A stretch of DNA of 63,701 bases, filler included, from Choristocarpus tenellus KU-1152 (GCA_964200185.2; 11 parts of 11 records of this genome joined end to end with filler, not necessarily neighbours in it); one strand, 5' to 3'. Shown: positions 50,186-63,642, numbered from the whole stretch's first letter. The notes: generated from the sequence alone by a model not told the origin. Translations and numbers: made by a program.

Positions 50186-51236
50186 GTGTGAAAACAGTGA
50201 TTTTGAGCCATGCATTGTTGTGTAGGCGTATGCATGTGTTGTGTATGTTTCTGCTTATATGTGTTTAGCCATGCGTAACACGTGACATTTTTTGTGCCTG
50301 GTACTAGTACAGTTACAAGAAAACGTATTGGACAATATGTTTCTCATGTGACTCAAAGGGAGACAAAATAAGATAAATCGTAGGATGGAATTGATTGTTC
50401 TTTTTTGCACCCCCTCCCCCCTCCCCCCCCCCCTCTTGAAAGAAACCTGATGATCAGCAGAGACTGTAAAAGATGTCAACAGGACTGATATTTATTTTTC
50501 ATATTTTTCACTTGTCTCTGTATTGTCTTTGTTTTTTGCGTTTGATTGTTCTTGGTGATGGTTTCCTATGTAGGGATCGGTTCGATGCCCTTGTTCTGTA
50601 TCAAGCGGGTTTGGTCTCTTCCATGCTTCAATGTCATACACAGTTTTAGAATAGCATGAGTGAGAGGCTTGGCTCGCATTATTTCAAAATATGATGTTGT
50701 CTTATTGGATTGTCCCTTTTTGTGGTATATGATCTTAGAGTGTGTACATGCTGTATCTATGATTTTTCAATACTGTAGCTCATTGGTCGGGTTCAGTCTT
50801 AGTGTCGGTGTTGCTTGGGTCCTGTTGTTTGTTGGTTCGTTATTGGTTAGGTCAAAGTTGGTTTACAGCAGTTGTGGTTAGTTATCGCCACCATGCATGT
50901 GTTTTTTGTATTTTTTCTTTTTTTTTTTTCCCCCAAATTTTTCAGATATGCTTAATAGGAGCTCTGATGAGTTCAAAATCGAAGTCATTTCCACAAAAGT
51001 GACAATTCTCCAGGGTTATGAACAATGCAGAAGGAAATTTTGTTGTGAGAGCAGTTGTGGGTGGTCTGTGTGGATAAGGGAATTCATTGGCAATCCTATG
51101 AATAATGGTCTCCCTTCCAGTTGTACCTGCTACCTTGTGTTGACTTTAGTTTAGTGTTGGTTTGACATAATTTGGAAGGCATTACTGTTTCATGAATTGT
51201 TTCCTCATTAGTGTGTACCAAAATGTTCTCTTTACT

Positions 51237-51329
51237 GACTCAAAGTATCTGGGGGGGGGGGGGGAATGGGAGTTGTCGATTTGGGGGTAATTTTTTTAGG
51301 TCGGGTTTTTGGGGTGTTTTGGTTGCATA
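51237..51329 (+). mobile_element. End of poly-G sister TIR family at a contig break
   Basis: GACTCAAAGTATCTGGGGGGGGGGGGGG...GTTGTCGATTTGGGG. Confidence 0.75.
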
Positions 51330-51429
51330 NNNNNNNNNNNNNNNNNNNNNNNNNNNNNNNNNNNNNNNNNNNNTTAATTAATTAANNNNNNNNNNNNNNN
51401 NNNNNNNNNNNNNNNNNNNNNNNNNNNNN
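51330..51429. other. Artificial contig linker
   Basis: N44-TTAATTAATTAA-N44. Confidence 0.98.
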
Positions 51430-51638
51430 GTACTTCCTAAATTCCAATTACTTAAAGTATGTACGATACTGGGATGTCCTTTCTTCCCCGCCCCCCCCCC
51501 CCCCCTCCCCCTGTAATAACTCAACATCTACTGATCCACTACTTAGATCCTCATTAATTTTTCCATTATATTTGTGCAATGCTACAAATGACCCTTAACC
51601 CCCCACCCACCCTCCAACCGACTCACATTCCTGTGAAG

Positions 51639-54198
51639 GCATTGGGGATGGGCATTTGCCAACCCTGGAGACCCTCCATTCATGCCACCTAGCGGCTACG
51701 GTTCCATTGAGTGTGACAATAGCTGCATACCAGATCCCCTTAATGGATTCAAATTCGTTAGGGATATCTATGAGGCCTCCGTGGGAGCTGGGAAGCTTGA
51801 AAAGTTCACGGTGCCAGTCCTGTGGGATAAAAAGGTTGAACGTGTGCCTTCTACCCTACTTCTCCCCCCTTCCCCCCCTCTACTCTGTCCTACTCCACCC
51901 ACACTCTATTGTTTCGTTTTTTCCATAAGAGATTAGGGTTAGGGTTATTAGGTGTAAATGCTTACGACATGTCTTTTTTTTGTGGGGGTATGGACGAGAG
52001 ACAAGGTTGAAAGGATGAAAAAAACTGAAAGGGTTAGGGTTATCCTTGTGTCTTGCAGGTCAGTTGTGTGTGTGTTTACGATTGGGTTTAAACAGTATGA
52101 GGTTACAGCTGTTAGTTCCCTCTTCTCATTCTCAGTAACTGGACTCACTCCACCTTTATTGTATATTCCTCCTGTGTGATCTCCAGACCAATACTGTGGT
52201 GAATAATGAGTCCTCTGAGATCATCAAGATTTTTGCCACAGCTTTTGACAGTGTGGAAGGCGTGACCAACCCTGGTCTAGACCTCCAGCCTGCGGACTTG
52301 GTGGCGGCCTCAGAAGCGATTGACGGCTGGACGTACACAGAGATTGGCAATGGGGTATATCGGTCAGGCTTTGCCAGGAGTCAGGCGGCCTACGATTTGG
52401 CAGTGAAGAGCCTCTTTGATCACCTTGACAAGTGAGTTCCGTTTTTTTTTTTTTTTTTTTTATTTTGTATTACACGATGTGAACAATGCCAGGGGGGGAT
52501 TTTGGGTACACACCAGAGTACAGAAAAAAAATTGTGTCGGATTTTTTTTGTCGTTTTTTGGATTTTTTTTTTTTAAATTTGCACTTTCATGTGCTTCAGC
52601 GGAGCTTGAATAGAAAGCGCTGAAAATGTGTGCAAATTCCCTCATACGTGGACTGCATTTTTCGTTTGTATAAAGTGAGCACAGGAGTTTTTTCTGCATC
52701 CATTCAAGCTCTCTCCTTGTCATCTTGTCCAGAAAGCAGCGCAGGGGCTGATTTAGAGGGTATCATTGTCAAACACATCTGTGTGAAAGTATGTTAGGGT
52801 TAGGGTACGAGTTTTGCCCTGTTTGTTCGTGTGGGGCTTGGCTTCCCATGGGTTTTTGTTTAAGACATTTTCCTACTCCAAAATATATCGGAGTAGATAA
52901 AATATGTACGTTATGAAAAGGTGTGTCCAGAACAAGGATATTGACACTTCCTAACAAACACGACAGACAAGATTACATCGAAATCACAAAATTGGATTTT
53001 GGCCCCCAATTGGACGCGACTCTACCCTCTAAGATACTTTAGCTCATCTTGGTGCTGCAAGGGATACGTCAATTGATATCATTTTTAAGTGGTGGCATTG
53101 GATTCTTTTGTCTTCATTGAACTGAGGTTGTGTAGAGGCCTTTCTCAAAGAAGTACCATTATCTGTTGTGTTTGCTCTAGGGATGCCTATTAATCATATC
53201 TATGCGCAAGGAAAAGCACAGGAGTTCTGTTTCGTTCATCTTTATCGTGCAAGGGTTAGGGTTAGGGAAACCAGGGAAAATCTCCATACACCAATTCATG
53301 CAGTCATGTCCCATTGCTATTTATGACATGATGATCATCAGGCATGAAGTTCATTCATGCTCAGCCTAAGTCCTGCCTAACGATCTCATCCCTTGTTCAA
53401 CATTTTTGTATCATTTCTTCACTCTGCGGGTGCAAGGTTGGAGGAGATTCTTGCGTCCCGGAGGTACCTTGCTGGGGACCGGGTGACCTTGTCAGATGTG
53501 CGTCTGTACCCAACACTGGCCCGGTTTGATGAAGTGTACAATGTGTACTTCAAGTGCAATAAGAAAAGGATTGTTGACTACCCGAACATACTCAACTACA
53601 TCAGGGACCTTTACCAGAATTATCCAGCCTTCGCAGACACCACGAACATGGATCACATTAGGGTAAGTGGCGATTATGGGAGATGCGGAGGTGTGGGAAT
53701 TGCTTTGAGTAAAAGCTTTGCTGAGAAGGGGTACAGATAGGTGTGGGATAGTGAGGTTGGTGTGAAGTGAGTGTTTCAAGGGATCATCTTTATTGCGTCC
53801 CTTGGAGACATAGATTTGTGAGAAGTACATTGCGGAGAGGACTTAGGTGATTAGCTTTTGTGGGTTGCAGCTGTTTCACTTTGGATTGAGGCCACCTGAA
53901 GTTTTGTCCTCCTTTGTTGTCATTCTGTTCTGGTGAATCGACAAGAGATTGAGCTTGCCCCACTAACATGCATACCTCTGAACCTTTCAAGGTCCCAAGC
54001 CGACTCTGAAGTCGTTGAATGACCCCTAATGCCGACCCTTCCTTGTATCCTTCCCACCCTACTTGTCCCCCTTGATACTGTGAGCAGAAACACTACTACA
54101 CCAGTCATGTAGGACTCAACACATATTCTGTCATCCCAACCGGTCCAGATTTCCTCAGCACCCTCAAAGAGCCCCATGACAGGGATCGTTTCTCCTAA
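51639..54198 (+). CDS. Glutathionyl-hydroquinone reductase (Xi-class GST, YqjG/ECM4 family), 3' part; exons 51639-51834, 52187-52431, 53437-53662, 54088-54198
   Basis: GWAF...DPLNGFKFVRDIY...FTVPVLWDKK|TNTVVNNESSEII...IGNGVYRSGFARSQAAY..AVKSLFDHLDK|LEEILASRRYLAGDRVTLSDVRLYPTLARFDEVYNVYFKCN...TNMDHIR|KHYYTSHVGLNTYSVIPTGP...HDRDRFS*: hallmark motifs, all junctions in phase. Confidence 0.95.
52781..53045 (-). mobile_element. MITE family 1 copy with 4-bp TSD ATCT, in a GST intron; one TIR carries telomeric repeats
   Basis: ATCT|GTGTGAAAGTATGTTAGGGTTAGGGTACGAG...TACCCTCTAAGATACTTTAGCTC|ATCT. Confidence 0.92.
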
Positions 54199-54511
54199 TT
54201 CCAGACTGTCTGACCTGATACGCCATGTGTCTAGCGCAACTGCTCTTCATATTGTCTGGGCGCTGCCTCTAGTTAGTCATGATCCAGGCAACCCAATACG
54301 ACTTGGCCTTGATATGCCAGGCCTGTGGTAGATCTATATATATATATATCCATCTCAGTTTTTAGTTCTAGGGTGATTGTGGGAAACAAGTATGGGAAGG
54401 TGATTTTGTAATGGAAACAACCCTTGATCTTTTTTGGGTCAATTTTACTCAAGGACCTTTGTCAGCACCCCTCTCCAGGTTACATGTGGGAGTATTTTGA
54501 GGATGAAGATC

Positions 54512-54805
54512 TCCTGTCATTCGTTCATTGTTTGATTAGAGTTGAGGATGGAGTGAGAATAGTTGAGCTGACTGCCCTGTGGCATAGAATTGCATACCTG
54601 TACCTCTTCCATTACTTTAATGGGGGTGCCTACTTAAATACCTCTCTAGGCTATGGTTGACAAGACTTTGATGATGGCGGTTTCCTGTCATTTCATTCAT
54701 TGTTTGATGAGGGTTGAGGTTAGTGAGAGTAGCTGAGCTGACTGCCCTTTGGCGTAGAATTGCATACCTGTACCTCTCTTGTTACTTGAATAGGAGTGCC
54801 TACTT
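54512..54805. repeat. Diverged direct duplication (~125 bp shared, ~170-bp period) between the convergent GST and TPR genes
   Basis: TCCTGTCATT..TTCATTGTTTGAT...GAGCTGACTGCCCT.TGGC.TAGAATTGCATACCTGTACCTCT...GTGCCTACTT at 54512 and ~54683. Confidence 0.88.
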
Positions 54806-55449
54806 GATGCTGGGGAGGTTGTATCATGTATTGTGGTTTTGAGCTTTTGAATGGTCTACTTTTCCCTGGGGGGACAGTCCCTTCAGAGTCACGTAATACA
54901 TTTTCCTTTCAAGTATAATAATGTGAATGCAACATGATGATATTTTTTCTAAACGCCTCTGCACTACTTTGAGGTGGAACTATCTTGCACAGCCCTAAGG
55001 GATTTGCTGTTATATTATAGGGCATTAAATGAACTAGACTGATCTGGTACTTGATTTGATTTACTTCAGGTGCCTATTAATATACTTTGAAGGAGTCATG
55101 TAAGTCAGAGTAGAATGCTCTGACTATATGTATCCTTGAAGTAGAATAGAGAACTTGTTAGACATTCCTCTTCCTTCTATGATCCTCTACAATGATTTGG
55201 TGTTGGAGTGCACCATCTCAGTGAAATCATCATCAGAGAGAGAGCAGGGCCAAGTTTTACCCTATGCTGGGGAAAGTGGTGTATATTTGTTAAGAGGGTT
55301 AGGTCTGTTGACAGAATGTGCTCTGCGTGCCTGAGAGTGTCACCAATGTCCAATTTTCTTTTGTTGTCAGTCACTGTAGCATTCCAGACTCTAATAATAT
55401 TGCAACATGATACAACATGTACATGAATCGATAAAATTCAAAATGAGCT

Positions 55450-58400
55450 TCAGAAGCCATTGATCTCCTCAAGTTGCTCCATGGCCTCAACATGACCCGG
55501 ATTTATCCTCAGCGTTGTCTCGAAGCAAACCTTTGCTCCTATTATGTTGCCAATGGCACGGAGGCAAGACCCAAGGCGCACATGCACAGCACACTCAAGG
55601 GGATCTGCTTCTGCTGCCATTCGGAAGCACTGTAGGGCTTCTTCCATCTTACCTTGTGACTTGTCAGTTTTGTGTTAAGAGGGAAATGGGTCGTTAGATG
55701 TCTTCACTGGGAGTAGAGTGAAAGGTTGATGAGAAGACAATGGTTTGATTATCGCATATCAATAACTGTAGGGGCATAATGGGGGAGTCATCAGTGCAAT
55801 ATTACAATTGATTCGGGCGGTGTTAATCCTCCCTTATCTCAATCACTCAGTACTTGAAATAGATGGCAGTGTGTGGGGCGAGGGAGTCAAGTTTGTTCCT
55901 TGAAGAAGATGGTGATAACTCACAAGTATCAGAGAAAGGCTGAGACCAGGTGTTGAGTAATTCAAGAGAGCATGTGAGATTAGCATTCGATGTGGAACCC
56001 CTAATATTTGAATGGAAGGACTGTAGGCACTGATAATTGTACACTACATTACATTTCATTTTCTTGTTCCCTCTCCTACACCATCTTGAATGAATGTGAT
56101 GACCTCTAATTTTAGGAACTAGAAATTGGAAGTGACTGATACTATACTTTGCAGCATCTACAGCATAAATGCATCATTCTTTAACAACCTAGTACAGCTA
56201 CTTTGGGCGAGATATAAATTCTAGGCGCTGCTGCAACCCAACAGTAGTAGGCTTAGGAAGGGAAGGATAGTTGGTACAAATGAAAGTCGTTAATGACATG
56301 CTCTGACCTCAAACAGTGTGCCAAGGTTGAAGTTCGTCACCAAGCAGCCGTCATCAAAGTCCTTGGCATGTTCATAGTACTCCTGGGCTTTGTTTTCCTA
56401 TAAATGGTGCATTCATCGAGGAAGCATACACCCATTGTACATAAAATACCAATGCAATATTTCCCATCATCAGTGGGAAGTTGTGTGGGCAATGAATGCA
56501 GCGTTCAGGTAATGATTCCTTGCAGACAGGCAGACACATGTGAATGCACACACTGTTGGAAAAATTTCCTAGACGAATTTTACAGTACCTGCCCAAGGCT
56601 GCGATGAGCATTGGCTAGGTGCACGAGCAGGTCCACGGAAGGTTCTTCGGAATTGTTCAAGGCGTTTGTTAGAGCCTCCACAGCATCTTCAAATTCTCCT
56701 GCATCAGCTCTGATGAGCCCAAGGCTGTACCAAGCAGAGAAGTGGCTGTTGTCCAAAGTCAAAACCTACACCAGGCAACCAACAGGAGTTAGGTGCGACT
56801 CGAAAATCACTGTCGACTTTGTTTTTGTCAGTTATAGGATCGGGAGACTACTGCTCCATGGCTTAGGGGCTCAAAGGTAACAGGGGGGAGAGATATGGGT
56901 GAGATATGAGGCTTTGGGGATTGAGAAGATACACGGGGGCAATCAGGAAGCTGATGTTGGCAGGGGATGTAATTAAAGGGGCATGGATAAGATCAAATGT
57001 GGTGAACTTCTTGTCCCTGCATTTGTGGGTTTTTGGGACCCAGCAATTGGTTCTCTTGAGCGAGTTAAACTCAAGTGTATTCAAATCAGTCCTTCCCATG
57101 CAATAGGAAGGATAAGTGTTGCACTGATTACGAAAAATTTAGGAGAATTGACTTGTGTTTTTTTTTCTTAGAAGGATGGTGGTTCTGATACAAAAAAATA
57201 ATTTGTTGCAGGGGCTGATTCACTGGCAGAGTTGTGATCCATCAAGGGAGCACTACATTTTGTCCTTCCCACCACCCGTTGTATAAAGGATAAAAATAGA
57301 TTTCTCTAGCAGGAACTAGCTACAAACCCATGGAAATTCCCTGCCCATTGAATGCATCCCTTGAGATAGACTTGTTGTGACCCTAGCTCTGTAGATTGAC
57401 GACCTTCAGGCGATTTATGGTTCCACAGCATATGGCTTCATGCATGAACATACCCTACCAAGTTAAACACCTCAGCTATAATCATTCCCCTACAGTATCT
57501 CATGCCGTCCCCTCGGGCCAACTTCTTCCAAAGACTGCAGACATCGCCAAGGAAATCACCATCCAATTATCGATATGTAGCTCCAGGTACAATTATGACC
57601 TTGGTTTGCATTCTGATTTGAAACTTGAGACTCAATAGCTGGACCAAGTGTGTATTTTTTTTTATCAATTTGAAACTAGACTCGCGCTTCTAGACTCACA
57701 GACATTTACCTGCGAAAAGCACTGAGCCGCCTCTGTTCCATCACCAGACTTGCAGAGAGCCTCAGCTTTGGCGAAGAGTGCTCCTACACTGATGGGGTCA
57801 ATCATCACTGCCTCTGTAAAACAGAGGATTGCCTCTCTTGCATGCCCTGACTCATCCATTGCATGTCCAGCATTTACAAGGGCCTGTGCATGAGTGGTGG
57901 AAGACCCTAATGCTTGCTGGAGGGAATGATGAGTATTTATGGGGAATTGGCAGACGGAAGCAAGCTTGTGAGTTATTTGAGTTCCTGATGAGTGTGATTT
58001 AGACCTGCAGGCAGAAAGGGAAGAACTGTGCCAGCCCTTGAACAAACACGCAGGTCAAGAGTTCGAAAAATGCCTCACACCTTGCTGCATCGCATGAAGC
58101 ATTTCACTTGGGCCACCACAACTTGGGAACCAAGCATTTTGAGCTTTGGAAGTTTGAATTTCTACTCTAGAAATCATAGTGGTCTCAAGAGTCAGACTTC
58201 ATACGAGGTTTTCTTGGACTAGACCATTATAAAGAGTCAAAGTATCTTGGAGGGTAGGGCCTCGTCCATTTGGGGACCAAAATCCAGTGTTGAAATTTTT
58301 ATGTAATTTTGGCTATCGTGTTTGTTAGGAAGTGTCAATATCCTTGTTCCAGACACACCTTTTCATGACATACATTTTACCTAACTCTGAAATGTTTCGG

Positions 58401-61400
58401 AGTAGGTAATTTATCATTAAGAATCCGTGGGAAGCCATGCCCCAAATGGACAAACAGCGCAAAATCCCTACCCTTCATGATACTATCACTCAAACACGCT
58501 ACTGCTGCATTGATTCGAGGAACTGCTTCAAGGTAGGAGTTTGGATGCATTGGAAAGGCCCTACAGTGTATATCAGCTAAATATACACCTTGTCAACAGC
58601 TAAACAGTGCAATATGCTGGTTGAAAACAAATACTAATTCTCCATGCCAGGTCTACAAGTTGCTGAGCAGGAGTGGTGTTGGACTTAGTGGACAGGTTTC
58701 TGTTCTTATATTTCAATGTAGGAAGGGAAGAAAAAAGACGATACCGAATGTTGATTGATGGTGGATGGTGTGATTATATTTCTACTGAGGTTTCATGATT
58801 GGTGGAGTGGCATGTTTGTGCAGCATGGCAGGAGAGTTTAGGGGAGGCAAGCAAGTTGCTTGTATACACTGGCCAAGTGGTGACAGAAATGGGGACAAGT
58901 CGACCAAAGTTGCTCGCATCCTGATAATTTAGAGTGGGAGAGTTGTCATAATTGAATTGTTTCAGATGTGAGACTCCTTTGCAATGTATGTTGGTACGGA
59001 GGAAAAGGCACTGTGATCATAATTCTGCATGTACTACCTCCAGTTTTTGGAAGGTTTCAACCACAGCTCCCTGGAGCATGTCTGGCCTCTCCCTTGCTAC
59101 CAGGTTGAGGTCTTGCCGATATGTCCTTAGAATGCGAACCACCTCCTGTTACCGTATGGTGGGGATGTAGTACAAGAGTTTGGGGACAGAGAAATATCAA
59201 CAAGGATTTCAATTTGACTTTACAAAATAAGAACATCTAGATTTGTACACCTTCAATAATACCTAATAGTAATCTGAATACTGAGTACTCAGGGGAGAGC
59301 CTTTCTTCTGGTCATATACATTGCTTCAAAGACTGCTCTGAGAGGATGGTTTTCACTGCTCATACTAGCTTTGCCAATCCTCTGAAATGCACCATATAAA
59401 AATACTGAGGTTAGGGTTAGCTTGCGGTGGCTGAGCTAACCCTCTCTCCCTCTATAAAAGAAACGGACAAGAGGCATCATCCCCCTGTTTGCTGAGGCAA
59501 GTGCTTATCTCACATCAATCAATTTTTGAGCAATGGGGTCTGGTAGCCACTCCTCCTCAGGCCGGGATGATATACTTGCAGCAGCTCTCGTTTGGGCCAG
59601 ACCGGGCAGGAAGCGTTGATGGAAGGAGGTCTGCCATTCATGTACATACCGGAGAATGTCCGGGTGAAGATGTAGGCTTTCCAGACCAGAGGACAGAATC
59701 GACTCGAGAGGCTGATACCAATTGAGGCAATGCAGGTTCAGCAGGTATTGTAGGAGGAGATTAACCAAAGAGAGTGAAACTGAAAAAATTCACCTTGCGA
59801 AGGGAAACAAATTGGAGGGATTGGAGAGATGCCGTGGGAGGTGTATGTGTGGTGTGCATTTCAGGATATTAGCAGGAATGGAGCGAAAGCTTTCAACTGT
59901 TGCTGTTATCGGTTAGAATTTGGGGGATGAGAAGGTGATTTCCTAACTTCTAAATATAGGTGTGAGAACCTGAAGCTGACACCAAAAGAAACAGCTAAGG
60001 AGTTGACATTCAGTCACCTCCATGTTCGATATTGTAAATAGCACGGAGTATGACAAACTATGTGAGGTATATTAGCTTTCTCACCTGTCTAGTCCTTGGT
60101 TCAGCTATCATTGTCCTATTTGTTGCCTCGCTTCCCTCAAGGATCCCTCCCCCTGGCCGTGGTCCTAGCTTTTCATTTTGAGAGATGTTGTCATGCTCTG
60201 CTGGTCTGCTAGAAGTGGAGTGGATCGAGGAGGGATTTTCCTCACTCTTTAGGGCTGTCCTCCCACTCTCAGGAACAACTGCAGCTACATCCAAAGAGCT
60301 AGAGGGTGGAATAACCTCTGCTAACTGGTCTGAGTCACCTGCATGAAATTGATTTAGACTGGACTGTAATCGAGGATTGTGAAGATACATTAGCATGGGG
60401 CACCATACGGGAGTGATGGTTTCATGATTGGATTGAAAGGTTTATCAATAGACCAATACTAGCCCAATTGCATTATAGGACTCTTCCATAAAGGAATGTT
60501 TGTCGGAAGGCATGGGTCAATGAGAGAGAAGGTTGATTATGAGCACAGTGTCAATATGTGGAACCTATGTCTTAGCTGCCAACTGCATGGGCCTTCATTG
60601 TGTTGGAGCTGTTGTTCACAACAAAGAGTGCGTGCACCCTGTATCTAATCTAAAAGTAGTAATACGAGCACAAAAGTGTGCGATAGAGCAATGCTTCTTG
60701 TTGTTGTTTTGTTGCAGTTGAGTGAGCTGGAGTAAGAAAATATAATGTTTATGATCCTTCTGTGATGAAAGTGGGTTACCTCCAGATTGTGTCTTTCCTC
60801 TCTCAAAAGTCCTCACATAGCTCTCTGTATCCCTGTCTCTGCACCAGACCCCACTGTCACCATGTTTATTCTTTGAATCCTCACGTCCTATATTCCCGCT
60901 TCCAGAAACCAAACAAGATCCTGGTCTTTCACCTTCTTCTTCCCCCTTGCTTTCATAGGGCTCAGCCACTGTGCAGCATTGTACAGGATGTGGATACTCT
61001 AATTTTTGACATTCTAGATCTTTCGCAATCATTGGCTGTCTTTGTTCTTCTCCCTGACTGCAATCCCTTGGACTGGGTAATCTCTCTTTCTCCTCTACTA
61101 CAACGCCCCCTTGATGTTCTGCTGAGGTTTGACTGTTCATCGAACACAGTTTGACTCCCAGAGGATCAATAGTTCCAGTGGTGCCTGTACCGTGTAAATA
61201 ATCTTCTGGGTTTGTCTTAGGAGGGGGCGGGGAGATGTAGTTAAGGTTCGCCACTGGAGGGGGAGGAGTTGCCTTTCCCAGGGATTCCAGACCTGCTGAC
61301 CTGGAAGGTGATGGGGACGTTTTATTAGGCCACCCCTGATGTTGCTGCCGTACTTTCTCTCTTCCCTCCTCTTTCTCTGCGATCAGAGTATCCTGTGGAG

Positions 61401-62659
61401 CGAGTCGATGTTGTCCTTGGTTAAGACTCATGCAGTCCACCTCTCTAGAAAGTGCTCGAGCCACGGCTGCCTGGGAAAAGGTTGTTGGCGGGAAAATATA
61501 GAGGTTGAAACAGTACGAATGCAGGAATAGGTCACGAGTAGACACCCTTCTGGTGGGAGAGGAGTCTTGGAAGCATTAATGAGGAAAATATATGACATCT
61601 CAAGGTGGTACCACTCACTGATACTCGCTGTCCATTAGTCTCCATCCATGACAAGTCTGACGAGGAATGGTACTTCCTAGGGAGATGCTCTCCCCCTTCT
61701 TCTCTTTGGCCTGATTGCCACTCCTCCAGGCAAAGGGGCATATCCTGAATGTAGCTCATGGCAAGGGCCCCACGGTGCCCTGATACCAAGCAAGGGACTG
61801 GACAAAAAGATTCAGGAGCCGGGCTGTGTTGTGTACTTTCTATTGACTGGGGTATGTTCCTCCTCTTGCCCCAGCTATGTGAGCCCCTTTCCCTTTTTCC
61901 TACTTGTCCATAGCATGGAACCATCCCATCGTTCATCCCTACAGCACCTCTGTTCCCACCTTTGGCTCCCAGGGTTTCTCCTCTGCTGAAATGAAATCTT
62001 TCCTTGCGTTCAGGTTCACCAGGTAAGCATCTTGTAGTCCCCCCATGCGAAAAGAGACTTCTGTCAGCTTTTTTTGTCTCAAAACCACTATTAAATTTGT
62101 GCCCCATCACAAAAGTACCATGGTGCGTGTCATGGTTGTCCTGAGCTAGATTTCCTCTGGGGAGGGGATGTTCAAAGTGACCATCAAGTTGATCTGTGGC
62201 GAGTGTCTCCAGACCACCATAAATTCCTCTACCAGACTTACCCCTGCGCCCTCCATTCAAGTCATTGCAGGGTTTCCTGTAACTGCGAAAATACCTCTCT
62301 CTCTGTTCAATACCCTGTGTTTCTGCTTGGATATCACCACAACAACCACGTCTACAATTGCTACTTTTATGTTCACAGTGACCTTCTAGGGCAAGGTCAG
62401 ACCCTCCAAATTGCGGTTCAGGAGGATAACCAACTCTGTCTTGATTCTGGCTGCAATACTGTCTGCTTCCCTTTCCTTTTTCTTGCAGAGCAGCCTCTGG
62501 ACAAGTGCCTGATCTTTTGTGTTGGTTAGGTTCCTTAGGAGAAGTAAAGCAGACCATTGCCAGGTACAGGAACTGTGAGAGGGGTATGCGTCCTTTCCCC
62601 TCCCTGTAAGTAGAGCTGACTGCCTTCCTGCTTGGAGGTTTGGAATTCCAACGCCCAAG
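55450..62659 (-). CDS. Large protein with a long low-complexity N-terminal region and C-terminal TPR repeats; exons ~62659-61619, 61470-60780, 60338-60085, 59711-59514, 59145-59038, 57916-57710, 56765-56589, 56397-56308, 55659-55450
   Basis: TPR motifs: AQALVNAGHAMDESGHAREAILCFTEAVMIDP; FSAWYSLGLIRADAGEFEDAVEALTNAL; LLVHLANAHRSLGQ|ENKAQEYYEHA; NFNLGTLFE|SQGKMEEALQCFRMAAEADP; AVHVRLGSCLRAIGNIIGAKVCFETTLRINP. All junctions are in phase; the 5' boundary is uncertain. Confidence 0.85.
58234..58491 (+). mobile_element. MITE family 1 copy in a TPR gene intron
   Basis: GAGTCAAAGTATCTTGGAGGGTAG...TACCCTTCATGATACTATCACTC. Confidence 0.9.
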
Positions 62660-63642
62660 CTTGTGTGCGTGTCAAATTTTTATCAAAGGGGCGTGGATAC
62701 AATGCAGACGTATTAATGACGTCTTCGTATTGGAGGAAAGGCAGCAGAACCTAGAAGGAAAGGGTCTCTACATCATCAATCTCATCAGAAAACCAGTCTG
62801 CTGGCTTTCATATCATATCTAGATTGGATAACTGATGTAGCACCTACCTCCAGAATTTAGTAATAACCCTCTGAATGACGACAATGACTAAGAAGGTGAC
62901 TAGATCATTCAGGCTGACTGTGTCCGGGATGAAGACGAAGTCATGCACCTTTGACCTCCTCACAAGGCCGCAGACATACAGCAGATCCGGGTATTGAGCC
63001 AGAGCTACAAGCAATTGACAAGTTTGTTAAACTTCAAAGCACCATCAGTGATGAAGTTGATGTCATCACTGAGGTCAGTGGATGGGACAAGAACTTGGGA
63101 TGGTTTCCGCAAATACAGCTTGTACTTTTTGATAAGATCGTATGTGTATCACTTGAGCATGAGACTTGTGTGCTCAAGTCTGAAGCTTGAGGTCCTGTTT
63201 TTGGTCATGTGACATGGACACTCCACTAGGTCCACTATGTTAAGTATTGCTTCCATCAGAACAGATTCCTCTGATGCTGCATTATACTTCATAAGTAGGA
63301 ACAACTGATTGCATACACCGTCCTACAGCAATCCCCTTGCAAAAACTTCCAAAGGCGTTGATGTGTGGGAAACTTGCAGGTGGAAGGAGGAAGCAAGGCG
63401 GACAGGAGAAGAATTGGTGGGTCTTGCAAGACACCCTTAAGAAGTCTGGAATCACGCTTGAGGGATGGAGTACAAGGGCTACAAATCAACACTGATGATT
63501 CGAGTGTGTGGTTGATAGATAGCAAAGAGCATAGTGGACGAGGGGTATGCTGGAGGATCTGTGATGGCTGGCGTATGTCTTGACAAGGCAACAGCTAATA
63601 GTCCAAGTTGATCGGAGCACATGCAAACAAACATCACTGTTT

